Positions 9,285-17,390 of a stretch of 38,996 bases of DNA are shown piece after piece (the first letter of the stretch is position 1; every line of letters starts with the position of its first letter). Both the position numbers and the translations under genes were made by a program. This DNA comes from Pelotomaculum sp. UBA5255 (GTDB lineage Bacteria; Bacillota; Desulfotomaculia; Desulfotomaculales; Pelotomaculaceae): assembly GCA_002408725.1 (NCBI GenBank), contig DHTR01000027.1, positions 1 to 38,996 on the forward strand, given 5' to 3'. Under the pieces are notes generated by a model that saw only the letters and a list, made by a program, of their open reading frames with translations, had not been told where the DNA came from and did no database searches.

Positions 9285-10853
9285 TTGTACTTCAAAAACT
9301 ACCGGACGAAAGGATTTCTGGTTGGTTTTGGTCTGGCGGTGTTGTGGATCATGGCCGGATTCCTGGTCATGGTTGTTCCGCAAGCAGCAATTGCGGCTGA
9401 GCCGGCAGCATTAACGGTGACAGGCGACGGGGTCGATAAAACGGTATCATTCACTATGGCAGAGTTAAATGCCTTGCCGCAAAAAACCTATACTTATTCC
9501 GGGTATAATCACTGGCCCTCGCTGCAGCTGTTCCAGAATATGACGGGACCGACGCTGCAATCTATTTTAGATGTCGCGGGTTTAAAAGATGAGGCCACCC
9601 TGATCAGGGCAAAATCAACCAGTGGCGCCTACAGTGATTTTATTAAAGAACAATTGTTGCAAGAGCCCCGGTATTATTTTCCTGATGGCGAGAAACCCGG
9701 CGATGTGACGGACTGGCCGCCCCAACGTAGTGAGAAAGGCAAAAAGTTGGTTGAAACAATCATTGCTTTAAACGAAACCAATGGAAAATTGATCTACGGT
9801 CAGCGGGCGCCGAATGAACCAACTTGTTGTATGAATCAGATGCTCGGAGGGGTGTGCAACGGAGGCACCATTGAAGTTTTAACAACGCCCCCGGAACAGT
9901 GGGCTGCGCCGCACGCTGATCCTGCGCCCGGCAAGGTTGCTCCGGGGACGAAAGTAACCCTGCAGCATGAGGATGGGATGCCTTATCACGCCATAGTATA
10001 TTATACCCTGGATGGAAGCGAACCTACCTATGGCAGCAGTATCTTAAATATCAGCTATCCAAACTTTCAACCGGAAATGAATAAACCTGTACCTATTAAT
10101 GACAATGCAACTATAAAAACTAGAACCATCGGCATGGGTAAATTGGACAGCGAGGTAGTGACCTATCAATATTATACCGGGTCGCCGGCTCCTGCTAACG
10201 AGGCTGCAGAAGAGATACCGGATGAAGAACCGGACGGAGAACCGGATGAAGATAAGGTGGCCGCCCCGGTAATACCGGATTATCCCAAACACTTCACTGA
10301 TGTGGAACAGCACTGGGCTAAAGATGATCTTAATTATCTGTTGCAAAAAGGAATCATAGCGGGGATGACCGATACCGAATTCAAACCTGAAGAAAAAATC
10401 ACCCGGGCTCAATTCGCTAAATTGTTGATTACGGCTTTAAACCTGGAAGTTAACAAGGGTGCTGTTCTTGCCTTTCAAGACGTGCCCGCCGGCGCCTGGT
10501 ACCACGATTCGGTAGCGACGGCGGTTAATGGGGGATTAATCAAGGGTTATAGCGACAGTGTTTTTGCTCCCGATGAAAACATAACCAGGGAACAACTGGC
10601 GGTGATCATTTCCCGGGTTTTGCAAATGAAATCATCTGAGCCGGCAGCCGACGGTAATAGCGAGCAAATTATTAACAAGTTTACAGATCAAGGGGACATA
10701 GCGCCGTGGGCCAGGCAGGGTATTGCTTTGGCCGTAAGCCACGGGATCGTGAGTGGGGTAAGCGAAGATACTTTTGCCCCCCGGGTTACTGCTTCCCGGG
10801 CTGAGGCAGCGGTCATGATTTTGCGTCTGTATCGTCAGTTGGACTTTTCATAA
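9285..10853 (+). CDS. SLH-anchored surface protein: SUOX-fold module + CHB_HEX_C-like + acidic linker + 3 SLH
   Basis: TTG at 9285 lies 6 nt after AGGTGGGG (9271-9278). The track GTG at 9273 lies inside that SD. Signal peptide ends ..VVPQAAIA/AEP. Motifs: FTMAELNALPQKTYTYSGYNHWPSLQLFQNMTGPTLQSILDVAGL...YGQRAPNEP; VYYTLDGSEPTYGSSI; PDEEPDGEPDED linker; SLH repeats. Paralog of the 13479 ORF. Confidence 0.8.
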   Translation: MYFKNYRTKGFLVGFGLAVLWIMAGFLVMVVPQAAIAAEPAALTVTGDGVDKTVSFTMAELNALPQKTYTYSGYNHWPSLQLFQNMTGPTLQSILDVAGLKDEATLIRAKSTSGAYSDFIKEQLLQEPRYYFPDGEKPGDVTDWPPQRSEKGKKLVETIIALNETNGKLIYGQRAPNEPTCCMNQMLGGVCNGGTIEVLTTPPEQWAAPHADPAPGKVAPGTKVTLQHEDGMPYHAIVYYTLDGSEPTYGSSILNISYPNFQPEMNKPVPINDNATIKTRTIGMGKLDSEVVTYQYYTGSPAPANEAAEEIPDEEPDGEPDEDKVAAPVIPDYPKHFTDVEQHWAKDDLNYLLQKGIIAGMTDTEFKPEEKITRAQFAKLLITALNLEVNKGAVLAFQDVPAGAWYHDSVATAVNGGLIKGYSDSVFAPDENITREQLAVIISRVLQMKSSEPAADGNSEQIINKFTDQGDIAPWARQGIALAVSHGIVSGVSEDTFAPRVTASRAEAAVMILRLYRQLDFS

Positions 10854-10878
10854 GTTTTATGAAAGGAGAAAAAATCCC

Positions 10879-12675
10879 ATGAAGCTACTACAAGCCCGGA
10901 AATATGTGGTGTGCCTTTTTACGCTGCTGGCGATGTCATTATTGATCGCCAGCCATGGTTATGCAAGTGCTGAAAATGTTGAGGTTAAGCTGACTTCTCA
11001 CCAGACCCATAAGGTGTATAAACCTGGTGACAAGGTTGAAATGATGGGAAAGGCGCAAGGGGTAACAGAGGTTTCCCTTGCTGTTGAGAGTGAACAGGGC
11101 CAATTGTTATTTTCAGCCCGGCCCCAGGTAGAAAATGGTGCCTTTACAATGGATTTTACCCTTGATCCCGAAGCAGTTGAAGGAAAATATACCATTATTC
11201 TCGGTGTTGCAGATCAGCCGGAGCTGAAAAGATACAAGTTCTCGGTAACTGTGGATGGAAGTCCCGCAGCAAATGCCCAAAAAGATGTTACTCTGACCAT
11301 TAATGGTAACGGAGTAGCAAAGGAAGTTGTTTTGACCCGGGCTGAACTGGAAGCAATGACCCGGGAAAGAGAGATATTTTCGGTGGTAAATGACTGGCCG
11401 GCCAAATTATTTGTGGCTGCAGAAGGTGTTCCGCTACAGACATTGCTCGATCTGGTCGGAATGAAACCGGAAGCCCAAATGATTACTTTTAAGGGTAGTG
11501 ACGGGTACCGGATTGATTTTACCGTAGATGAATTATTGCAGGACTCCCGGTATTATTTCCCCGGTTTGATGAATTCGTCAATAGCTGATAAAAAACCGGT
11601 AAAGCCGGTAATTGCCCTGCAACGGGTGGAACAGGACGATGATTTCAGCAAGATGAGTGAGCGGGATACACTAGTTTTGTGTTTCGGCCAGCGGGCATTG
11701 ACGGAACAAACTCTCTGCGAGTTTGTTAAAAGATTAAAAACTATTACCGTAACGGCGGACCCTCCAGGGCAATGGGACAAGCCAACGGCAAAAATCATCG
11801 ACCCTGATTCTGGTCAAAAGGTGGCAACGCCCGGCGGCCGAATCAAAAGCGGCTCCCGGATCATCTTGGAGAGCGATCCCAAAGTAAAGGTTTATTATAC
11901 CACCGACGGCAGCACACCGGACCTTGAAAGTGAGATCTACAATGTTAGCTTTCATGTTCCGACTTTAAATAAGCCGATTATAGTTGACAAAGATATCACG
12001 ATTAAAGCTAAAACGGTTGGGTTTGGTAAGCAGGATAGTGAGGTGGTTGCCTTTAAGTATACAATTGATGGATCACAGGGGTTGTCCCCTGATATCGGAG
12101 ATATCTTTTCCGATATCCAGAACAGTTGGGCCAGAGAGGATATTAAACTATTAGCGGCTAAGGGGCTGATCTCAGGTAAAACGAAAACCACTTATGAACC
12201 CGGCAGCAACATTACCCGGGCTGAATTTGCCGCCTTTCTTGTAAGGGCGTTGAGCCTGGAAGAAAGACCCTTAAAAGAAGGGCAATTTAAAGATGTAGCC
12301 GCTACGGCCTGGTATGCCGGCAGCGTTGCCGCTGCCACGGCTGAAAAGATCATCGAGGGCTATGACGGCAGCCTTTTTAAGCCGGATAACAGGATCACCC
12401 GTGAGGAAATGGCGGCTATGATTACCCGGGCAGCACGTGTTGCCGGGAAAGAGGAGACGTTATCCGACAGCGAGCAGGAACAGCAATTGGCCCAGTTTAC
12501 AGATAAGCAAATGATTTCCCCCTGGGCGGCAAAGGATCTAGCTCTGGCTGTAAAGGCCGGGATCATCAAAGGCATGCCCGGCGGAGACTTTGCACCGCAA
12601 ACAAATGCTGACCGGGCCCAAAGCGCTGCTATTTTAAAACGGTTCTTAACTCATGTCCATTTATTTATCAATTAG
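10879..12675 (+). CDS. SLH-anchored surface protein: N-terminal beta-sandwich module + SUOX-fold module + CHB_HEX_C-like + 3 SLH
   Basis: RBS GAAAGGAGAA lies upstream of ATG 10879, followed by a signal peptide. The N-terminal module is homologous to that of ORF 5823 (YKPGDKVEMMGKAQ...AVEGKYTIILG). The central and C-terminal parts are paralogous to ORF 7425. The SLH-coding 3' end is near-identical at the DNA level to 8680-9197. Confidence 0.8.
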   Translation: MKLLQARKYVVCLFTLLAMSLLIASHGYASAENVEVKLTSHQTHKVYKPGDKVEMMGKAQGVTEVSLAVESEQGQLLFSARPQVENGAFTMDFTLDPEAVEGKYTIILGVADQPELKRYKFSVTVDGSPAANAQKDVTLTINGNGVAKEVVLTRAELEAMTREREIFSVVNDWPAKLFVAAEGVPLQTLLDLVGMKPEAQMITFKGSDGYRIDFTVDELLQDSRYYFPGLMNSSIADKKPVKPVIALQRVEQDDDFSKMSERDTLVLCFGQRALTEQTLCEFVKRLKTITVTADPPGQWDKPTAKIIDPDSGQKVATPGGRIKSGSRIILESDPKVKVYYTTDGSTPDLESEIYNVSFHVPTLNKPIIVDKDITIKAKTVGFGKQDSEVVAFKYTIDGSQGLSPDIGDIFSDIQNSWAREDIKLLAAKGLISGKTKTTYEPGSNITRAEFAAFLVRALSLEERPLKEGQFKDVAATAWYAGSVAAATAEKIIEGYDGSLFKPDNRITREEMAAMITRAARVAGKEETLSDSEQEQQLAQFTDKQMISPWAAKDLALAVKAGIIKGMPGGDFAPQTNADRAQSAAILKRFLTHVHLFIN

Positions 12676-12719
12676 TTGATAAAATAGTAAATAGCAATAA
12701 TAATCCTGGGGGTAACAGG

Positions 12720-13289
12720 ATGGATAAAATTGGCGTTGATGAAAACTGCGGCATTAAGTCCAGGAAGTGGTTGGCCTGGGGAATTGTACTGCTAGTTGTA
12801 ATTGTTGCCGTTTCCTGGTATCTTAGCCGCGATAAAGGCGGGCTGAAAGAAGGAATGGTAGTAATTAAAGCCGGTGATGCCAGATTAGGCAGTTTTACTG
12901 TTGCCGACTTGCGGAAACTACCGGCCGTAGAGAAGAAAATGGTAATTACTTCGAATTGCGGTGGTGCTTGTAAAAGCAGCGAAGACGATGGTGATGACAG
13001 CAGCGAACACAATTATACCGGAACCTCGCTCCTAGAGGTGCTGAACAGCATTGATCCCGGTCTGCCCCAAAAGTACAAAAAAGTCATTACCAGGGGCATA
13101 GATTACTACAGCCAGGTGCTGGAAATGTCTGAAGTCCAACAACCGGATAATGTGTACATTGTCTACAGTGATTACGGTCAACCGTTAAGAACTAAAGCAG
13201 GGGGGGATGGAAGCCTATTGCTTGTTGTTTGCAGCGACCAGTCCGGGCAGCGCTTTACCAATTGGCTGGTGAGCCTGGAATTGCAGTGA
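12720..13289 (+). CDS. Small membrane-anchored stand-alone SUOX-fold (Oxidored_molyb-like) domain protein
   Basis: N-terminal TM anchor (WLAWGIVLLVVIVAVSWYL). Motifs: GSFTVADLRKLPAVEKKMVITSNCGGAC..(acidic SSEDDGDDSSE)..YTGTSLLEVLNSI...ITRGIDYY...IVYSDYGQPL...GSLLLVVCSDQSGQRFTNWLVSLEL. This follows the Mo-domain pattern (C.G..., W.G..L..vL, .DGY, nG.PL, G.P.RlvvP....g.r..kwl..i.l) and is the only paralog with a Cys at the ligand-like position. Confidence 0.65.
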   Translation: MDKIGVDENCGIKSRKWLAWGIVLLVVIVAVSWYLSRDKGGLKEGMVVIKAGDARLGSFTVADLRKLPAVEKKMVITSNCGGACKSSEDDGDDSSEHNYTGTSLLEVLNSIDPGLPQKYKKVITRGIDYYSQVLEMSEVQQPDNVYIVYSDYGQPLRTKAGGDGSLLLVVCSDQSGQRFTNWLVSLELQ

Positions 13290-13478
13290 GCCTGCAGAAT
13301 CACCTCAAAATACCATTAATCGTCAATATACAGCAGGCAATATGATATGTGGTAAGTATATGTTGTATCCATGTGTGACTTTGGCGGGATCCTGAGTAAG
13401 CTTAGAATGAACTTTTGTTCTTCCAATACTATGGCTGATTTGTAATAATCATTTAATAAGTCTGAAAGGTGGACAGTA

Positions 13479-14990
13479 ATGATCAATATCAGGGATTTCA
13501 GGTTTAATAAAATACTGGCCGGCATAGTGGGGTTAAGTATTATTGCCGCTTTTTTGGTCATGGTTATGCCTCAAAGGTCAAGCGCGGCCGATCCGGTTGC
13601 ATTAACGGTAATGGGCGAAGGGGTTGAAAGAGAAGTAGAGTTCACCATGGCCGATTTGCAGGCGCTGCCGCAAAAAACTTATACCTTTTCAGGCTATAAC
13701 CACTGGCCGTCGCTAAAAGTATTTAATGATATGACTGGACCGTCGTTAAAAAGCATTTTAGATGTAGCGGGCTTAAAAGATAATGCTACCTTGATCAGGG
13801 TCAGGCCGACCGGCGGTAAATTTCTGCGCGCTGATTTTACCAAAGAACAGTTGTTGGACGAACCGAGGTACTATTTTCCCGATGGTGAGAATCCTGGTGA
13901 TTTGGTGGATTGGCCGCCCATTCGCAGTGAAAAGGGGAAAGAGCTGGTTGAAACGATAATTGCTCTTAACGATTCTCAAGGTAGGATATGTTTTGGCCAG
14001 CGGGCGCCGAACGAACCAATCGGCGGTGATTGTGTCATGCTCCAAGAAATATGCAATAGCGGAGTAATTGAAGTGCTAACATCGCCCCCGCAGCAATGGA
14101 AGGCACCCTCCACCGATATTCCGTCAGGTACGGTTGCCCGGGGTACGAAAATAACCCTGAAGAAACCGGATGAGGCGGCGGATAATGTCATGGTGTACTA
14201 CACCCTTGACGGGAGTGAACCTACTTATGGGTGTTATATTTTTAACATTAGTTACCCCAGCTTCCGTCCGGAACTGAATAAGCCAATACCAGTTAACGGC
14301 AATTTGACAATTAAAGCAAAAACCATTGGTTTTGGCAAATTAGACAGCGAGGTGGCAGTTTTTCAATATAACATAGAGGAGCCTGCCAATAATGCAGAAG
14401 GAGAAATAACAGGAACTAATGTCAGCGATTTTGTAGACATTGAAGGGCACTGGGCCGGGGACGATATCAAAGCATTAGCGGATAAAGGAATAATTGACGG
14501 GGTAACTGCGACGGAATTCAAACCGGAAGAAAATATCACCCGCGCCCAATTTGCCAAGCTGCTGAGCGTGGCTTTAAATATCAAGGTTGATCAGAATGCG
14601 TATATTTCTTTTAATGACGTGACCCCCGGGTCTTGGTACCACGATTATGTGGCGGCGGCAGTTAAGGCGGGGTTAATCAAGGGCTATAGCGACAATATTT
14701 TTGCACCCGGTGAAAACATCACCCGGGAACAAATGGCGGTGATCATTTCCCGGGTTCTGAAAACAAATTCGACAACAGATCTGTCTCATAGTATTACCGA
14801 GCAAGTAATTGATAAGTTTAATGACAAGGGAGATATATCACCCTGGGCGGGGAATGAAATATACCTGGCAATATCTTGTGGAATAGTAAGTGGAATAAGC
14901 GAAGACACCTTCGCTCCGCAAATGACTGCTACCCGGGCTCAGGCGGCGGCCATGATTTTGCGGCTGTCACGATGGAGTGAAGAGCAATGA
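13479..14990 (+). CDS. SLH-anchored surface protein: SUOX-fold module + CHB_HEX_C-like + 3 SLH (paralog of 9285)
   Basis: RBS GAAAGGTGGA lies upstream of the ATG. Signal peptide ends ..MPQRSSA/ADP. Collinear high similarity to ORF 9285 (FTMADLQALPQKTYTFSGYNHWPSLKVFNDMTGPSLKSILDVAGL...FGQRAPNEP; VYYTLDGSEPTYG). SLH repeats at the C-terminus. Confidence 0.8.
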   Translation: MINIRDFRFNKILAGIVGLSIIAAFLVMVMPQRSSAADPVALTVMGEGVEREVEFTMADLQALPQKTYTFSGYNHWPSLKVFNDMTGPSLKSILDVAGLKDNATLIRVRPTGGKFLRADFTKEQLLDEPRYYFPDGENPGDLVDWPPIRSEKGKELVETIIALNDSQGRICFGQRAPNEPIGGDCVMLQEICNSGVIEVLTSPPQQWKAPSTDIPSGTVARGTKITLKKPDEAADNVMVYYTLDGSEPTYGCYIFNISYPSFRPELNKPIPVNGNLTIKAKTIGFGKLDSEVAVFQYNIEEPANNAEGEITGTNVSDFVDIEGHWAGDDIKALADKGIIDGVTATEFKPEENITRAQFAKLLSVALNIKVDQNAYISFNDVTPGSWYHDYVAAAVKAGLIKGYSDNIFAPGENITREQMAVIISRVLKTNSTTDLSHSITEQVIDKFNDKGDISPWAGNEIYLAISCGIVSGISEDTFAPQMTATRAQAAAMILRLSRWSEEQ

Positions 14991-16246
14991 AGTTGAATCT
15001 GGAGTTCAGGACCAGGCAGGGGAAAGCTGTAGTCCTGGTGCTGCTGCTGACTGTGCTGCTCAACCTGCTGTGGCTTGCCGGGCCGAGTATGGCAAGCACC
15101 GGCTGCGGCACCGGTATTACAGGTGTGGCGGCTGACACGCTGACGATTAAGGTTGGCTATTTCGGCGGACCCTATTACACGAAAAAGGTCTATACGCTCA
15201 ACGACCTGGACGCGCTGCCGCAGGTCAAGCAGGCCTACACATTCATCGACAGCATGCCGTCAGTGAGTATAGATTCGGCTGTAGGGGTCAAGTTGACCGA
15301 GCTACTGGCAGACGCCGGCATTGATGTTAACTCTGTCCAAAAAATTTATTTTTACGCCAGCGATATTAAAACGGGATGGTATCAATGCCTGGACAAGGCT
15401 TACCTGCTGGACACAACCCGTTACTATTATCCAAACCTGCCGTCAAATTGGGATTATGAAACACAAAAGTCCTTACCAGAGGCAGTATATGGAGCGATCC
15501 AAGTGCCGGCGCTCATAGCGTACAAGGATAACTGGCAACGGTATGCCGCCGCCCCCGATTTCAGTGTTTACGACACCTCGACCAGATTCAGGCTGCTGTT
15601 TGGCCAGAGTGATCCCATTGAAGTTACCGCGCCCCAGTCCGCCAAATGGGTGCATGCGATCGAAGTGATGCTGGGCGGCATGCCACCCGCCGAGGTCACC
15701 CTCGACCAGAACCTGGTCAACCTCAAAGTCGGCAGCACGGTCCGGTTGACGGCGACCGTAGGCCCGAATGAAGCCACAGACAAAAGCGTGACCTGGAGCT
15801 CCAGCGACACCAGTGTGGCCACAGTCGATAACAACGGCCTGGTGACAGTTGTTGGCCCGGGCACGGCCGCCATCACCGTGAGTACTGTAGTTGGCGAAAT
15901 GACGGCCACCTGCGTCATAAATGATCCAAACCAGGATCGGAGTAGTCAGGGCGCCGTGTCCACCGGCGACAATTCCCAAAACAACGGGCCGTCGGCGCCG
16001 GAAACCAGTCTGCAGCACCTGGTGGATAAAGAGGTTGCAGCCGCCAATCCGACAATCGCCGAGATTGTCCCGGAGGCGGGCAGGCAACCCTGGCGCGTAT
16101 TCGAGATGTCGGCCGATGCTGTACCCCTGCAGAAGCAAAAGGAGCAAAATAATTTAGACCTTTATACAGCTGCAATATTTCTGATTCTATTCCTATTAGG
16201 TGTAAAAATAAGGTACACAGAATATTCAAGGGAGGTAGCAATTTGA
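14987..16246 (+). CDS. Secreted protein with divergent SUOX-fold-like module, Big_2 (bacterial Ig-like group 2) domain and C-terminal TM anchor
   Basis: ATGA start/stop overlap with the upstream gene. Signal peptide is present. Motifs: YTLNDLDALPQVKQAYTFIDSMPS...GVKLTELLADAGI...RLLFGQSDP..SAKWVHAIEVML. Big_2 pattern: LKVGSTVRLTATVGPNEATDKSVTWSSSDTSVATVDNNGLVTVVGPGTAAITV. Hydrophobic C-terminus LYTAAIFLILFLLGV. Confidence 0.7.
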   Translation: MKLNLEFRTRQGKAVVLVLLLTVLLNLLWLAGPSMASTGCGTGITGVAADTLTIKVGYFGGPYYTKKVYTLNDLDALPQVKQAYTFIDSMPSVSIDSAVGVKLTELLADAGIDVNSVQKIYFYASDIKTGWYQCLDKAYLLDTTRYYYPNLPSNWDYETQKSLPEAVYGAIQVPALIAYKDNWQRYAAAPDFSVYDTSTRFRLLFGQSDPIEVTAPQSAKWVHAIEVMLGGMPPAEVTLDQNLVNLKVGSTVRLTATVGPNEATDKSVTWSSSDTSVATVDNNGLVTVVGPGTAAITVSTVVGEMTATCVINDPNQDRSSQGAVSTGDNSQNNGPSAPETSLQHLVDKEVAAANPTIAEIVPEAGRQPWRVFEMSADAVPLQKQKEQNNLDLYTAAIFLILFLLGVKIRYTEYSREVAI

Positions 16247-16896
16247 CACTTTCTTTATTGGCGCCGCTTAGAGATACGATGCACAACATTTCGGCTGGTT
16301 TAATGATGCCAACCATTATTATCCTACTGTTGTTTGTGGCTTTAATGGTGGTCGAGTTGGGCGGCCTGCTGACAGAAATTCTAACGGAGCGGCGCAGGAC
16401 GAAGGTCAATGTGTCGGAACTGGTTAACGCCTTTCAGGGGAAAGAGGCCGGGGAGATCATGGAAGTGATCGCAAGCAGTCGCCTGTTTCGGCGCCAGAAA
16501 GAGGCTCTTAGCGAGTTGAGCAAGCACAGCAATTTACCCGCCGCCTCCCTGCAGGCTCTGGCCCGCCGGTTGCTTGCCGGCGAAGAACTGCAATATGTCA
16601 AGAGAACCAATAGGACTGACCTGGTGGCGCGTCTGGGGCCCATGTTCGGATTGATGGCCACTTTGATTCCACTCGGGCCGGGACTGATCGCCCTTGGCCA
16701 GGGTGACACCAAGACACTGGCAGATTGTCTGCTCACAGCCTTTGACGCCACGGTGCTTGGCCTGGCTGCCGCCGGCGTAGCTTTTGCCATTTCCCGGCTG
16801 CGGAAAAGGTGGTATGAGGATTACTTGAGTTCTCTTGAGGCCTTGATGGAGAGCTTGCTGGAGGTGTTTGCCCTTGGACGGGGGATTGAGGAGTAG
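16243..16896 (+). CDS. MotA/TolQ/ExbB-family proton-channel protein
   Basis: TTG start in a TTGA overlap with the upstream stop; RBS AAGGGAGGTAG. N-terminal TM segment. The C-terminal pair of TMs carries the family pattern (LGPMFGLMATLIPLGPGLIALGQGD...LLTAFDATVLGLAAAGVAFAISRL). Confidence 0.75.
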   Translation: MTLSLLAPLRDTMHNISAGLMMPTIIILLLFVALMVVELGGLLTEILTERRRTKVNVSELVNAFQGKEAGEIMEVIASSRLFRRQKEALSELSKHSNLPAASLQALARRLLAGEELQYVKRTNRTDLVARLGPMFGLMATLIPLGPGLIALGQGDTKTLADCLLTAFDATVLGLAAAGVAFAISRLRKRWYEDYLSSLEALMESLLEVFALGRGIEE

Positions 16897-17191
16897 AAGA
16901 AGACTCAGGACAACTGAAGATGTTAATCCTCTCGAAGGCGCCGTCAATATCGTGGATGCCATGCTGGTGTTTGCCTGCGGGTTGATGCTCGCTCTGGTCA
17001 TTAACTGGAACGTCGACCTGGCCAATGTAGGGGAGCGAGTTAACTTGAATCGTGGCCAGGAAGTGTCGCAAGACGCGGATATAAGAAGTGATTTGATCGA
17101 AACCCAGGGACAGGGCGAGCTTTTTGAAAAGATGGGCACGGTCTACAAAGATCCCGTTTCAGGGAAGCTTTTCATGCTCACCAACCAGTAA
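16874..17191 (+). CDS. Small single-TM protein in the ExbD/TolR position (DUF2149-like)
   Basis: Overlaps the MotA/ExbB homolog 3' end. TTG at 16874 lies 7 nt after GGAGGTG; the track start is 16868. Basic N-terminus, then NPLEGAVNIVDAMLVFACGLMLALV (TM), and a C-terminal GTVYKDPVSGKLFML. From memory this pattern matches the DUF2149 partners of MotA/ExbB homologs. Not verified. Confidence 0.55.
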   Translation: MDGGLRSRRRLRTTEDVNPLEGAVNIVDAMLVFACGLMLALVINWNVDLANVGERVNLNRGQEVSQDADIRSDLIETQGQGELFEKMGTVYKDPVSGKLFMLTNQ

Positions 17192-17390
17192 TACTTAAAC
17201 TACAGCTTCAGTATATACTCCGGCAACACCTCAAAGTCCCGGGGCAACGCCACCGGGGCGGAAGCTGTTACGGCTATATTGAACGCGTTGAAGCAAGAAA
17301 GCTGATTTATCTATTGACTAACCGCATCTCTCAATCCCATGACTGGAAGGAAAACGGTGAGTCTTACTTTCAAAAAAAGGGTGAAAATTA

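Noticed and set aside
15473-17139. Long antisense ORFs (15473-16147, 15915-16409, 16534-17139, 16733-17071) opposite the Big_2 protein and MotA/ExbB genes.
   Set aside because: The opposite-strand genes have clear domain signatures. These ORFs translate to Arg/Pro-rich nonsense without recognisable motifs or ribosome-binding sites.
17192-17390. Possible riboswitch (TPP, cobalamin, THF, preQ1) ahead of the ECF S-component gene.
   Set aside because: A nested stem structure is present. I could not find the diagnostic cores (for example CUGAGA/ACCUGAUCUGGAUAAUGCCAGCG for TPP, or the B12 box GCCACUG). It is left as an unexplained leader rather than called as an RNA feature.
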